From NCBI GenBank assembly GCA_002457675.1, contig NTKK01000004.1, positions 91,666 through 155,665 of the forward strand: DNA of 64,000 nt. The letters are read 5' to 3'. The position numbers were made by a program, and so were the translations under genes. The notes beneath the pieces are model-generated. The model did no database searches. It was not told where the DNA came from and was given only the letters and a program-made list of their open reading frames with translations. Source of the DNA: Bacteroidetes bacterium MED-G17. Lineage in GTDB: Bacteria > Bacteroidota > Bacteroidia > NS11-12g > UBA9320. This document shows positions 20,461 to 29,621 of this stretch, in pieces (position 1 is the stretch's first letter; each line of letters opens with the position of its first letter).

Positions 20461-21588
20461 TTAATTTGACTTTAAAATTTTAAATACCTGATTATCTAAT
20501 TTCAAAAAGTAGATACTCGGCGGTAAATTTGACAAATCAATCTTTTGATTACTTGATTTAATTGTTCCAAAAATCAATTTTTTTCCTAGTGGAGAAAACA
20601 ACTCGTAATTCAATTTCTCAGAAAAATTCAATGATAAATCAATTTTTGAATTGGTTGGATTTGGATAGATGTTCTCTTGACTATTTTCAAATTCAGGGAC
20701 AGACAATGTTCCATTAATATCAAATCTCGAAAAAAACTGCCAAATTTCCATTGAGGCATTAATATCTTGGTTTGTTCCTGGGAATGTGAAACTTGAGCCT
20801 GGCCAAGTATGACCGCCTCCAATAATTTTCATATGCTCTGTAGTTACGCCATTATCACCACCTGAATAAATAGTATGTTCGACAGTGCTTCCATCTGAAC
20901 GATTTATATCTGTTAGAGCAGCAGTAGTTGGGCTTGATTCACAATTATTATAATTTACCCAGTAAAATATGACATCTTCAATGGATCGTGTCCAAGTATC
21001 ACCATTATATGGCACAATCCTATCACCTGTGCCATGAATTTGCAGAATTGGTGTTGGCTGCTGGGCGTTACATGCATCATAAGTATCTGGAGTCATGGAG
21101 CCTGTAACAGAGGCCACAGCCGCAATTTTTTCGCTCAATTGACAAGCCAATAAAAAACTCATAAAACCACCATTAGACATTCCTGTTGCGTATACTCTAT
21201 CTAAATTTATGGTGTATAAATTTGCTAACTCATTGATTAATGCTGCTGTAAAACCGACATCATCTGTCTTGTTTCTATTTCCCAGAAATCCTACATTCCA
21301 CTGTTGAACTCCATTTAATATAGATCCTTGAGGATGAACCAAAAGAAATCCTTCTGTATCAGCTATATCGCGAAAATCTCCGTAAAACATTTGTTGGTTT
21401 GCATTACTCCCATATCCGTGAAAGTTAAGAACTAAAGGCACATCTTCGCTACCATCGTAAATAGCTGGAATATATAGAATATAATCTCGCTGAATTCCTT
21501 GGTGCACAATAGATCTATTAATGGTTTGTTGCGCGGAAATAGAAAAATCGAACCCAATAAGGAGAAGTAGTATAGTTATGTATTTCAT
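20461..21588 (-). CDS. Secreted esterase (LpqC/PHB-depolymerase-like alpha/beta hydrolase) with T9SS type A C-terminal domain
   Basis: Signal peptide; PLVLNFHGYG, TGMSNGG nucleophile elbow, IHGTGD, GGGHTWPG; C-terminal IYPNPT...IDLSNL..SIYFLKL...KILK. Confidence 0.9.
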   Translation of the reverse strand: MKYITILLLLIGFDFSISAQQTINRSIVHQGIQRDYILYIPAIYDGSEDVPLVLNFHGYGSNANQQMFYGDFRDIADTEGFLLVHPQGSILNGVQQWNVGFLGNRNKTDDVGFTAALINELANLYTINLDRVYATGMSNGGFMSFLLACQLSEKIAAVASVTGSMTPDTYDACNAQQPTPILQIHGTGDRIVPYNGDTWTRSIEDVIFYWVNYNNCESSPTTAALTDINRSDGSTVEHTIYSGGDNGVTTEHMKIIGGGHTWPGSSFTFPGTNQDINASMEIWQFFSRFDINGTLSVPEFENSQENIYPNPTNSKIDLSLNFSEKLNYELFSPLGKKLIFGTIKSSNQKIDLSNLPPSIYFLKLDNQVFKILKSN

Positions 21589-21630
21589 AATTGGGATACT
21601 TTAACTCTGTGAAATTAATAAAAATAACAG

Positions 21631-21715
21631 ACAGCTCCTCAATTAAATTTATCGAACCAATGGATTTGGCTTGACTAGATCTTAAGTTGAAGGTTAGATA
21701 ATAGGAGCAAGGCCT
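21631..21715 (+). repeat. Divergent (~85 bp) copy B of the structured repeat
   Basis: Shares ATTTATCGAAC and the GATAA-N14-CTAC spacing; stems GCTCCT/AGGAGC, TTATCGAACC/GGTTAGATAA, TTTGGCTTGA/TTAAGTTGAA. Confidence 0.7.
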
Positions 21716-21788
21716 CTACAGCGAAGTGATTTATCGAACTATTTATTCGGTAATTTGGTCTAAAGATTCGATAACAGTTTCAAAGAGT
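21716..21788 (+). repeat. 73-bp structured repeat, copy C
   Basis: 71/73 identical to copy A by manual alignment. Confidence 0.95.
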
Positions 21789-21861
21789 CTACAGCGATAC
21801 GATTTATCGAACTATTTGATCGGTTATTTGGATTAAAGATTCGATAACATTATCAAAGAGT
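21789..21861 (+). repeat. 73-bp structured repeat, copy D
   Basis: 64/73 identical to copy A by manual alignment; followed by CTACCA. Confidence 0.95.
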
Positions 21862-21903
21862 CTACCAAAGTCCTTTGGTTGTGTGTTGGTAAAAGTTTTG
21901 GAT

Positions 21904-22158
21904 TTAATGAGTATTGATAAATTTATTGAATTCGCTTATTGCAGTCATACTTTTGAAAAGAGCGCCGTGGTCACCACCAGGGATCTCAATAAATTGTCTG
22001 TTTTGACAACTTGAGCAATTGATTACATCTTGTTTAAAAGTTGGCCAAGAGTACATCTGTATAGGAGAGTCATTCAATCCTTGAACAAACAAAATATCAG
22101 CCTTGAAAGCATTTGTAAAATTGAGTAGTGACCTTTGAAAATAATCATTATGTAAATT
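21904..22158 (-). pseudogene. C-terminal remnant of an alpha/beta hydrolase
   Basis: Open frame DYFQRSLLNFTNAFKADILFVQGLND...IEIPGGDHGALF has acid- and His-type motifs but no GxSxG part; in-frame stop at 22159-22161 just upstream. Confidence 0.55.
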
Positions 22159-22448
22159 TCAACTACACAAGAAGCACTTGTGCACCCAAAATTGATTCCA
22201 TATCCTTCCATTCTGCCATAGTTGAACATAAGGTGAATAGCTCTAGCAATCTGCAAATAAAGCACCGCCTACAAATGGTCTTTTATGACAACCAAGGCGA
22301 ACACCATAAAGCAGGTGTCGGTATTGAATATACCAAGCGGCCTTTTAACATTGGCTTACAAATTAATGTGGGTGAAATGGATAAAATTTGGGGAATGATT
22401 CAAGAAGATTACTTTGAGGGAGTCTTAAAAATAAATTACCGTTTTTAA
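22128..22448 (+). pseudogene. C-terminal remnant of an outer-membrane beta-barrel protein
   Basis: Amphipathic beta strands ending LKINYRF (beta-signal-like); no signal peptide; in-frame TGA at 22122. Confidence 0.5.
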
Positions 22449-22454
22449 AATGAG

Positions 22455-22536
22455 TGCCCAGAGCCGGAGTCGAACCGGCACTCCCGAAGGAACTGGTGTT
22501 TGAGACCAGCGCGTCTACCAATTCCGCCATCTGGGC
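22455..22536 (-). tRNA. tRNA-Leu(CAA)
   Basis: Reverse complement GCCCAGATGGCGGAATTGGTAGACGCG-CTGGT-CTCAAAC-ACCAG, long variable arm, GGTTCGACTCC, TCTGGGCA. Confidence 0.97.
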
Positions 22537-22562
22537 AAATCTTGTCTTTTGAATTGGGTGGG

Positions 22563-22570
22563 CAAAAATA
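22563..22570 (-). promoter_or_regulatory. -7 promoter element for tRNA-Leu(CAA)
   Basis: TATTTTTG on the minus strand. Confidence 0.55.
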
Positions 22571-22606
22571 AGATATAAGGGGAAATAAGAAAGTACTTAA
22601 TCAGGG

Positions 22607-23821
22607 CTAAATTCCTTCGGCACCAAAATGTTGATTTAGTATGCCTTCTACCTCGGCTAGTTTTATATGTAGTTTTTCGTCTTCAGCGTATGGCGCCTCA
22701 AACATGATAGGAAGCATGATTCTCTCTAAAATACTTCGTAAACCTCTTGCACCCAATTTCAGCTCAAGTGTTTTTGCCACAATTGCATCCAACAGAGCTG
22801 GTTCAAAACTTAAGTCTTTTCCTTCTAATTCCATAAGTTTTTGGTATTGCTTGATCAAGGCATTTTTGGGCTCAAGGAGTATTCGTTTTAATGCTTCAGC
22901 GCTCAAATGTTCTAAATGTGCTACGATTGGTAACCTGCCTAAAATTTCAGGAATTAATCCATACAAACGTAAATCTGCAGAGCTAACATATTCAAGAATG
23001 TTTCGTTCTTTTCGTTCCGATTTCGTTTGCTGAAATCCTAAAGAATTGGTGTTGATTCTTCTCTGAATAATTTTGTCTATTCCTTCAAATGCTCCACCGC
23101 AAATAAAAAGTATATTTTGGGTGTTCACCTTAATCATAGCTTGGTCTGGGTGCTTGCGCCCGCCTTGAGGAGGCACATTGATTATGGAGCCTTCCAAAAG
23201 CTTGAGCAAACCTTGTTGAACCCCTTCTCCTGAAACATCTCTTGTGATGCTAGGATTGTCTCCTTTTCGCCCTATTTTGTCAATTTCATCAATATAAATA
23301 ATTCCTTTTTCTGCTTTTTTTACATCGTAGTCCGCTGCTTGTAATAAGCGTGTAATGATACTTTCTATATCCTCTCCCACATAACCTGCCTGGGTAATCA
23401 CTGTAGCATCCGCCATAGCAAAAGGAACATGTAAAAGACGGGCCAAACTTTTAGTCAAAAGGGTTTTACCCGTGCCCGTTTCACCTACCAGCAATACATT
23501 TGATTTTTCAATTTCTACTTGGTGCTCGTCTTTTTCTTGCTGCAAGCGCTTGTAATGATTGTATACCGAAACAGAAAGTACTTTTTTGGCTAGCTCTTGT
23601 CCTATTACATATTGGTCAAGAAATTCTTTGATTTCTTTGGGTTTATGTGTTTTGGGCAATACAAAAGTGCTTTCCGCGGTGTGCTGCTTGCTTGATTCCA
23701 ATATTCTTTGGCTTTGGGCAAGGCATTTTTCGCATATCTGAGCCTCCTTTCCTGCAATGAGTATTTGTGCCTCAGACTCACTGCGGCTACAAAAAGAGCA
23801 ATAGGATTCTTTTTTGCTCAA
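22607..23821 (-). CDS. clpX: ATP-dependent Clp protease ATP-binding subunit ClpX
   Basis: CSFC/CEKC zinc finger, [36 protein letters not shown]. Confidence 0.98.
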   Translation of the reverse strand: MSKKESYCSFCSRSESEAQILIAGKEAQICEKCLAQSQRILESSKQHTAESTFVLPKTHKPKEIKEFLDQYVIGQELAKKVLSVSVYNHYKRLQQEKDEHQVEIEKSNVLLVGETGTGKTLLTKSLARLLHVPFAMADATVITQAGYVGEDIESIITRLLQAADYDVKKAEKGIIYIDEIDKIGRKGDNPSITRDVSGEGVQQGLLKLLEGSIINVPPQGGRKHPDQAMIKVNTQNILFICGGAFEGIDKIIQRRINTNSLGFQQTKSERKERNILEYVSSADLRLYGLIPEILGRLPIVAHLEHLSAEALKRILLEPKNALIKQYQKLMELEGKDLSFEPALLDAIVAKTLELKLGARGLRSILERIMLPIMFEAPYAEDEKLHIKLAEVEGILNQHFGAEGI

Positions 23822-24496
23822 TTATTCTTCTTTAGGTTTGTTCTTTAGCAAGATTTCGTCAATCATGCCGTATTCTTTGGCTTCGCCAGCGTTCATCCAA
23901 TAGTCTCGATCGCTATCTTCATGTACTTTATCATATGATTGCCCAGAATGGTTGGCAATTATTTCATAAAGTGTTTTCTTCATCTTCTTAATTTCATTTA
24001 CCGTAATTTCCATATCACTAGCTTGACCTTGCGCACCACCTAAGGGTTGATGAATCATAACTCTTGAGTGTTTTAGCGCGCTTCTTTTCTTAGGCGCCCC
24101 AGCGCAAAGTAATACCGCAGCCATGCTCGCTGCCATTCCCGTACAAATAGTGGCAACATCGCTGCTGATATATTGCATGGTATCATAAATACCTAAACCA
24201 GCATAAACAGATCCTCCTGGGCTATTCAAATAAATTTGAATGTCTCTATTGGGCGCAGTAGATTCTAAAAACAACAGTTGCCCCATGATGATGTTGGCGA
24301 CTTGGTCATTAATTGGAACACCAAGAAATATGATTCTGTCCATCATAAGTCTCGAAAAAATATCGATGGCCTGAACATTTAGTTGTCTTTCTTCTATGAT
24401 ATTGGGCGTAAGGTTGTCGATGTAGTGGTCTACTAAAGTACTACTGATACCTAAATGTTTAGTTGCATAGGTTTGAAATTCTTTTCCGAAGTGCAT
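23822..24496 (-). CDS. clpP: ATP-dependent Clp protease proteolytic subunit
   Basis: YLNSPGGSV, GMAASM, RVMIHQP, DRDYWM. Confidence 0.98.
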   Translation of the reverse strand: MHFGKEFQTYATKHLGISSTLVDHYIDNLTPNIIEERQLNVQAIDIFSRLMMDRIIFLGVPINDQVANIIMGQLLFLESTAPNRDIQIYLNSPGGSVYAGLGIYDTMQYISSDVATICTGMAASMAAVLLCAGAPKKRSALKHSRVMIHQPLGGAQGQASDMEITVNEIKKMKKTLYEIIANHSGQSYDKVHEDSDRDYWMNAGEAKEYGMIDEILLKNKPKEE

Positions 24497-24510
24497 ATTA
24501 AAGATACAAA

Positions 24511-25899
24511 TTAAGGTGTTTGCTTGTTTTTTTCGTTTCGTTTTTTGACCAAATCATAGAACTTTTCTATCGCAATAGACTTTTTCTTGATGGTTACCAT
24601 TTTTTTGGCTTCGGCTTTCACTTTGCGACCAATTACCAAATCACGTACCCGGTTCATATACGATTCATTTTCACGACTTGATTTTTCAAATTGCTCAATC
24701 GTTGCCGGATCTGGATTTTGCATACCGTATTGACGTAGCATGTTGACAGTCATACTTAATGAAGCTTCCTTAAATTCCTCTTCGTTGATGTGTAAATCAA
24801 AATTTTTAACAAATTTTTCTCGAACAAGCTGTTTTTTCAATAAGTTGGATTCATTTTCATATTGATCATCAATATTTTCTTCATTGTAGTGCTCATTTTT
24901 GGTTGACACCAACCATTTCTTTAAGAATTCGTCGGGCAAGGGGACTTCATGTTTTTCTTCGATTAAGTCATCAATTTGCACATCTAAAAATGCTTCTGCC
25001 TCTCCTTCATAATATTTACTTAGGTTGTCTTTGATTTTTGATAGGAACTCTTCTTCACCTTTTACTGCTCCTTCACCAAAAACTTTATCAAACAATTCTT
25101 GATTGAACACCGCTTCCTGTAATTGGTTGATTTTTACTACTTCAATTTCAAAATTTTTATTTAAATCCTCTACGGCTTCTTTGGGTATGGAAAGCGCTTG
25201 ACCAATTACTGCTTGGTTGTTGTTAAAGGCCTCGCGAATATCCAAAATGGCTTTGTCGCCTTTTTTAATCTTATTCAAAGTTTTTTTGATGCTTTTGCTT
25301 TCAATAACCTCTGGCAAAAAAGAAACCTCTTTATCTGCAAGTCCTCCCTCAATTGGATTTCCATCTTCCCCTAGCTCATTTATTTTAGCGACAATTGAAT
25401 CGTTTTCACTGTTTGCTTGCTCCACTTCCTCCATTTTACCATATTGTCTTTTGATGCTCTCCAGTTCTTTTTCAACGGCTTTTTTATCTAATTTCAGCTT
25501 GTATCTCTCCACTTTATCACTAGATGAGAGTTGAAGGTCTATCTGCGGCACCAAACCCAAGTCAAAATGAAGGTCAAAATCGGGTTCTGTGAGTAAATCT
25601 TGTTTTTCATTTTTATCTTCTTGTGCCATTGGTTGCCCAAGGATATCTAACTCATTTTCTTTGATGTATTTATACACCGCATCTGACGCAATTTTATTTA
25701 CCTCTTCAGCAATTATGCTCTCTCCCACCATTTTCTTTAGCATGCCCATAGGCACATGACCCTGTCGAAAACCAGGTATTTTGGCTTTGTTTCGATAGTT
25801 TTTTAGTTGCTCATTTACCTTTTCATGGTAATCGTCTTTGGCGATATGAATGGAAAGGCAAGCGTTCAGTTCGTCTAATTTCTCGAATTTTGTTTCCAA
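24511..25899 (-). CDS. tig: Trigger factor
   Basis: IPGFRQGHVP ribosome-binding motif; tig-clpP-clpX synteny. Confidence 0.95.
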   Translation of the reverse strand: METKFEKLDELNACLSIHIAKDDYHEKVNEQLKNYRNKAKIPGFRQGHVPMGMLKKMVGESIIAEEVNKIASDAVYKYIKENELDILGQPMAQEDKNEKQDLLTEPDFDLHFDLGLVPQIDLQLSSSDKVERYKLKLDKKAVEKELESIKRQYGKMEEVEQANSENDSIVAKINELGEDGNPIEGGLADKEVSFLPEVIESKSIKKTLNKIKKGDKAILDIREAFNNNQAVIGQALSIPKEAVEDLNKNFEIEVVKINQLQEAVFNQELFDKVFGEGAVKGEEEFLSKIKDNLSKYYEGEAEAFLDVQIDDLIEEKHEVPLPDEFLKKWLVSTKNEHYNEENIDDQYENESNLLKKQLVREKFVKNFDLHINEEEFKEASLSMTVNMLRQYGMQNPDPATIEQFEKSSRENESYMNRVRDLVIGRKVKAEAKKMVTIKKKSIAIEKFYDLVKKRNEKNKQTP

Positions 25900-25935
25900 T
25901 GATTCTATTGTTTTAGAAATATCTATAAAAAGAAG

Positions 25936-26017
25936 TGCGGGTAGAGAGAGTCGAACTCACACGCCTCACGGCACTAGATCCTAAATCTAGCGTGTCTACC
26001 AATTCCACCATACCCGC
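25936..26017 (-). tRNA. tRNA-Leu(TAG)
   Basis: Reverse complement GCGGGTATGGTGGAATTGGTAGACACG-CTAGA-TTTAGGA-TCTAG, long variable arm, ends TACCCGCA. Confidence 0.96.
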
Positions 26018-26035
26018 GTCCTTTAAAAAGGGTGG

Positions 26036-26043
26036 CAAATATA
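26036..26043 (-). promoter_or_regulatory. -7 promoter element for tRNA-Leu(TAG)/tig
   Basis: TATATTTG on the minus strand. Confidence 0.6.
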
Positions 26044-26054
26044 AGTTTCTTTTG

Positions 26055-27647
26055 TTATTCATTATCCAACTTAAATTCTGAATTTTCGTGGTAGGTAATT
26101 TCTGGGTTATTGCTCTTTGCCATTTGTAATATATATGCAGTTTGAGCCAGAAAAACCTTGTTGCCGTCCTTATCAAAAACAATGTCTTTGTGCCTGTATT
26201 TACAAAAATCTTCAATTTTGGAGGTATCACCTGTCATCCAACACGCCTTGAAATAATTTAGGGGATCCAGCCGTGATTTGGCTCCATATTCATGTTCTAG
26301 CCTATACTTAATCACATCAAATTGTAATTCACCCACAACACCAATAAATTTTCTATTACCCGGTTGTTGTGTAAAAAGCTGCGCCACTCCTTCATCGGTT
26401 AGTTGCTCCACTCCTTTTTTCAGTTGCTTACTTTTCATCGGATCTAAGTTGATGACTTCTTTAAAAATTTCTGGAGAAAAACTGGGCATACCTTTGAAAA
26501 ATAATTCCTCGCCTTCAGTTAAGGTATCGCCTATTTTAAAGTTTCCTGTATCATATAAACCCACCACATCTCCTGGAAAAGCTTCGTCTATTACATTTTT
26601 GCTCTGTGCTAAAAAATTATAAGGATTATTGAACCGAACTTTTTTGTTTAGCCGAACGTGTTGGTAAAATTTGTTTCTTTCGAATTTACCTGAACAGACC
26701 CGCAAAAAAGCAATTCTGTCTCTGTGCTTTGGATCAAGATTGGCATGGATTTTAAATATAAAACCAGAAAATTTTTTCTCTTCTGGATCAACTAAACGAA
26801 CATTTGTGTTTCTTGACTTTGGACTAGGTGCTATATTAACAAAGGTGTTTAGTAATTCATCTACACCAAAATTGTTGAGTGCGGAACCAAAAAAGACAGG
26901 TGCCAATTTACCATCTATATAAAGTTGCTTATCAAATTTTTCATAAACCCCTTCAACCAAATCAACGTCTTCCCTCAATTTTTCAGCATCTTCAGCACCA
27001 ACAATTTCATCTAAAAGGGGGTCTTGTATGTTTTTTATTTTTAACTGCTCTTCTTCAGAGGTCTTTTTGGTTTTATTGCTATTAAATAAATTGAGACTAT
27101 GGTTGTATAATAAATATACACCTTTAAAATCGCTACCACCATTTATTGGCCAACTTAATGGCCTTACATCTATATTTAATTCTTCTTCAATTTCGTCGAG
27201 CAAATCGAAGGGGTCTTTTCCGTCCCGGTCCAATTTGTTAATAAACACAATCACCGGGGTTTTTCTCATCCGGCAAACATGCATTAATTTTCGTGTTTGC
27301 TCTTCTACACCTTTTACGCAATCAATGACCAATATTACGCTATCCACAGCGGTGAGCGTTCTGTAAGTATCCTCTGCGAAATCTTTGTGACCAGGTGTAT
27401 CAAGTATATTGATAAGCTTGGCATTAAATTCAAAAGCTAAGACAGATGTAGCAACCGAAATGCCACGCTGTTTTTCAATTTCCATGAAATCTGAGGTTGC
27501 TGTCTTTTTTATCTTATTGCTTTTTACTGCACCGGCCGTTTGTATGGCTCCGCCAAAGAGGAGTAATTTCTCCGTCAGCGTTGTTTTGCCTGCATCAGGA
27601 TGGCTTACAATTCCAAAGGTTTTTCTTTTGGCTATTTGCTCTATCAT
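26055..27647 (-). CDS. prfC: Peptide chain release factor 3
   Basis: [36 protein letters not shown]. Confidence 0.98.
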   Translation of the reverse strand: MIEQIAKRKTFGIVSHPDAGKTTLTEKLLLFGGAIQTAGAVKSNKIKKTATSDFMEIEKQRGISVATSVLAFEFNAKLINILDTPGHKDFAEDTYRTLTAVDSVILVIDCVKGVEEQTRKLMHVCRMRKTPVIVFINKLDRDGKDPFDLLDEIEEELNIDVRPLSWPINGGSDFKGVYLLYNHSLNLFNSNKTKKTSEEEQLKIKNIQDPLLDEIVGAEDAEKLREDVDLVEGVYEKFDKQLYIDGKLAPVFFGSALNNFGVDELLNTFVNIAPSPKSRNTNVRLVDPEEKKFSGFIFKIHANLDPKHRDRIAFLRVCSGKFERNKFYQHVRLNKKVRFNNPYNFLAQSKNVIDEAFPGDVVGLYDTGNFKIGDTLTEGEELFFKGMPSFSPEIFKEVINLDPMKSKQLKKGVEQLTDEGVAQLFTQQPGNRKFIGVVGELQFDVIKYRLEHEYGAKSRLDPLNYFKACWMTGDTSKIEDFCKYRHKDIVFDKDGNKVFLAQTAYILQMAKSNNPEITYHENSEFKLDNE

Positions 27648-27692
27648 TTTTGGCGCTGCGAAAGTAAGAAATTCAGTATTTTCGTTTGATAC

Positions 27693-28325
27693 ATGAGAAA
27701 CCTTGTTTTTTTATTTGCCATCCTTGGTGTAAGTTCGTGCGGCATTTTACAAACCACTAAATTAATTAGACAAATGGATTTACAAGATGGCGTCTACGCC
27801 GAAATGAAGACAGGAGCTGGTGACATATTCATTAAGCTGCATTTTGAAGAAACACCACTCACAGTGGCAAATTTTGTTGGATTGGCAGAGGGCGGTATTG
27901 AAAATAGTGCTAAACCTTTAGGAGATCCTTATTATGATGGATTAAAGTTTCACAGAGTAATAAGTGTTGCCAATGGTGACGGCCAAGACTTTATGATTCA
28001 GGGTGGAGATCCCGAAGGAACTGGAAGAGGTGGACCAGGATACCAGTTTAAAGACGAGTTTGTACCTGAGCTCAAGCACAACAAACCAGGAATTTTGAGT
28101 ATGGCCAATGCGGGACCAGGCACCAATGGTAGTCAATTTTTTATTACCATTACTGAAACACCATGGTTAGACAATCGTCATACCGTTTTTGGCGAAGTAA
28201 TTAAAGGTCAAGATATAGTAAAGGAAATAAAGCAAGGGGAAACGATACATCAAATCATTATCCACAGAGTTGGCAAAAAAGCGAAAGATTTTGATGCTGT
28301 AAAAACTTTTGAACATTTAAAGTAA
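27693..28325 (+). CDS. Cyclophilin-type peptidyl-prolyl cis-trans isomerase, lipoprotein
   Basis: Lipobox [45 protein letters not shown]. Confidence 0.95.
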   Translation: MRNLVFLFAILGVSSCGILQTTKLIRQMDLQDGVYAEMKTGAGDIFIKLHFEETPLTVANFVGLAEGGIENSAKPLGDPYYDGLKFHRVISVANGDGQDFMIQGGDPEGTGRGGPGYQFKDEFVPELKHNKPGILSMANAGPGTNGSQFFITITETPWLDNRHTVFGEVIKGQDIVKEIKQGETIHQIIIHRVGKKAKDFDAVKTFEHLK

Positions 28326-28360
28326 ACCATTCCACCAATTGTAGGTTTATCCTATAATCT

Positions 28361-28819
28361 TTGAAAGTAACGCGCGCTACTAAAATCCCATACCCGATGG
28401 ATTGGGTTTTCTCAATGCTAGACCAAAAGATGTTCAATGCCCTTAAACCTCCTTCTTTTTTAGCAAATATTGAGTTGTATGAAGGAAACAACCTCAATGA
28501 TAGAGTTTCAATTTGGTTTAAGATTTTTAAACAACGGATGATGGTAAAAATAATCGATATCCATTCGGATAATGCCAAATGTTATTTTGTCGATGAGGGT
28601 TTGGAACTTCCTTTTGGGTTAACCAAATGGCAACATAAACATTTGGTGACTAAAGGAGATAATAATCGTTGCATTCTTCAGGATGAAATTTTTTTTACGC
28701 ACAAAACACCTTTGGGCAATTGGTTCAGCTTTATCATCCTTCAATTATTTTTGCTTCAGCGTTCATTCCAATATAGATCATATTTAAAAAAGCATGGAGA
28801 AACAACAAATAAGCTTTGA
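28361..28819 (+). CDS. SRPBCC-like protein
   Basis: YFVDEGLELPFGLTKWQHKH...LQDEIFF pattern. Confidence 0.65.
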   Translation: MKVTRATKIPYPMDWVFSMLDQKMFNALKPPSFLANIELYEGNNLNDRVSIWFKIFKQRMMVKIIDIHSDNAKCYFVDEGLELPFGLTKWQHKHLVTKGDNNRCILQDEIFFTHKTPLGNWFSFIILQLFLLQRSFQYRSYLKKHGETTNKL

Positions 28820-29621
28820 AGGTGCTAGAAAACGTAAAATTCATCTTGATTTTTATCACAATCCCAAAATAGTATCAAAAGCTTTGGTGCTGTTTGTTCA
28901 TGGCTTCAAAGGATTTAAGGACTGGGGACCATGGGAACTAATGAGTGAATATTTTGTACAAGCAGGATACGCCTTCGCAAAGTTCAACTTTTCGCATAAT
29001 GGAATCGCAGACAATCAATATGAAATAACCGATTTAGATGCCTTTTCTGAAAATAATTTAAGTACAGAAATTCAAGAAGTTGGCCTTGTTCTTGATGAAT
29101 TAAAGAATCAATTCTTTAATGAAATCTACGGCAACAGGATTTATCTCATAGGTCATAGCAAAGGTGGCGGATTGGCTATTCTCAATGCAGTTTATGACCA
29201 AAGGATAGAGAAAGTAGCTTCCTGGGCAGGGGTTTGTAGCTTCAATCGATTTGCTGAACATGAAAATCCAAAAAAATGGGAAGAAGACGGTCAAATATTT
29301 CTACCTAATAAAAGAACTGGTGAAATGTTCCCAGTAAAATTCCAGTATTATGAAGATTACCAAGCCAATAAAGATAAATTGGACATTTTGAGTCAAGCAG
29401 TTAAATACGATAAACCACTGTTGCTCGTACATGGCACGCATGATGAGACGGTTTTACTGAAGGAAGCAAAAAGAATCAATGAGATTATTCCGCAATCCAT
29501 ATTGGTAGAGATAGAAAATGCCAATCACGTATTTGGTGCTTATCACCCATATGAAAACGAAAAATTCCCAAAACATTTGGAAGAGGTAATAGAAGAAACA
29601 ATTGAGTTTTTTGATCTTTAA
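28794..29621 (+). CDS. Alpha/beta hydrolase
   Basis: HGFKGFKDWG, GHSKGG, HGTHDETV, NANHVF. Confidence 0.9.
   Translation: MEKQQISFEGARKRKIHLDFYHNPKIVSKALVLFVHGFKGFKDWGPWELMSEYFVQAGYAFAKFNFSHNGIADNQYEITDLDAFSENNLSTEIQEVGLVLDELKNQFFNEIYGNRIYLIGHSKGGGLAILNAVYDQRIEKVASWAGVCSFNRFAEHENPKKWEEDGQIFLPNKRTGEMFPVKFQYYEDYQANKDKLDILSQAVKYDKPLLLVHGTHDETVLLKEAKRINEIIPQSILVEIENANHVFGAYHPYENEKFPKHLEEVIEETIEFFDL

Noticed and set aside
20267..21861. Repeats as a CRISPR array
   Set aside because: Units are contiguous 73-bp copies with no unique spacers, too long for CRISPR repeats, and there are no cas genes in the window
20267..21861. Repeats as integron attC sites
   Set aside because: No RYYYAAC...GTTRRRY ends, consecutive units have no gene between them, and no integron integrase is present
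25936..26017. T-T mismatch in the T-stem of tRNA-Leu(TAG) as a sign of a pseudo-tRNA
   Set aside because: Single mismatch with all other arms and the promoter intact
25913..26230. 105-aa ORF on the - strand
   Set aside because: Out-of-frame overlap with prfC and spans tRNA-Leu(TAG); spurious
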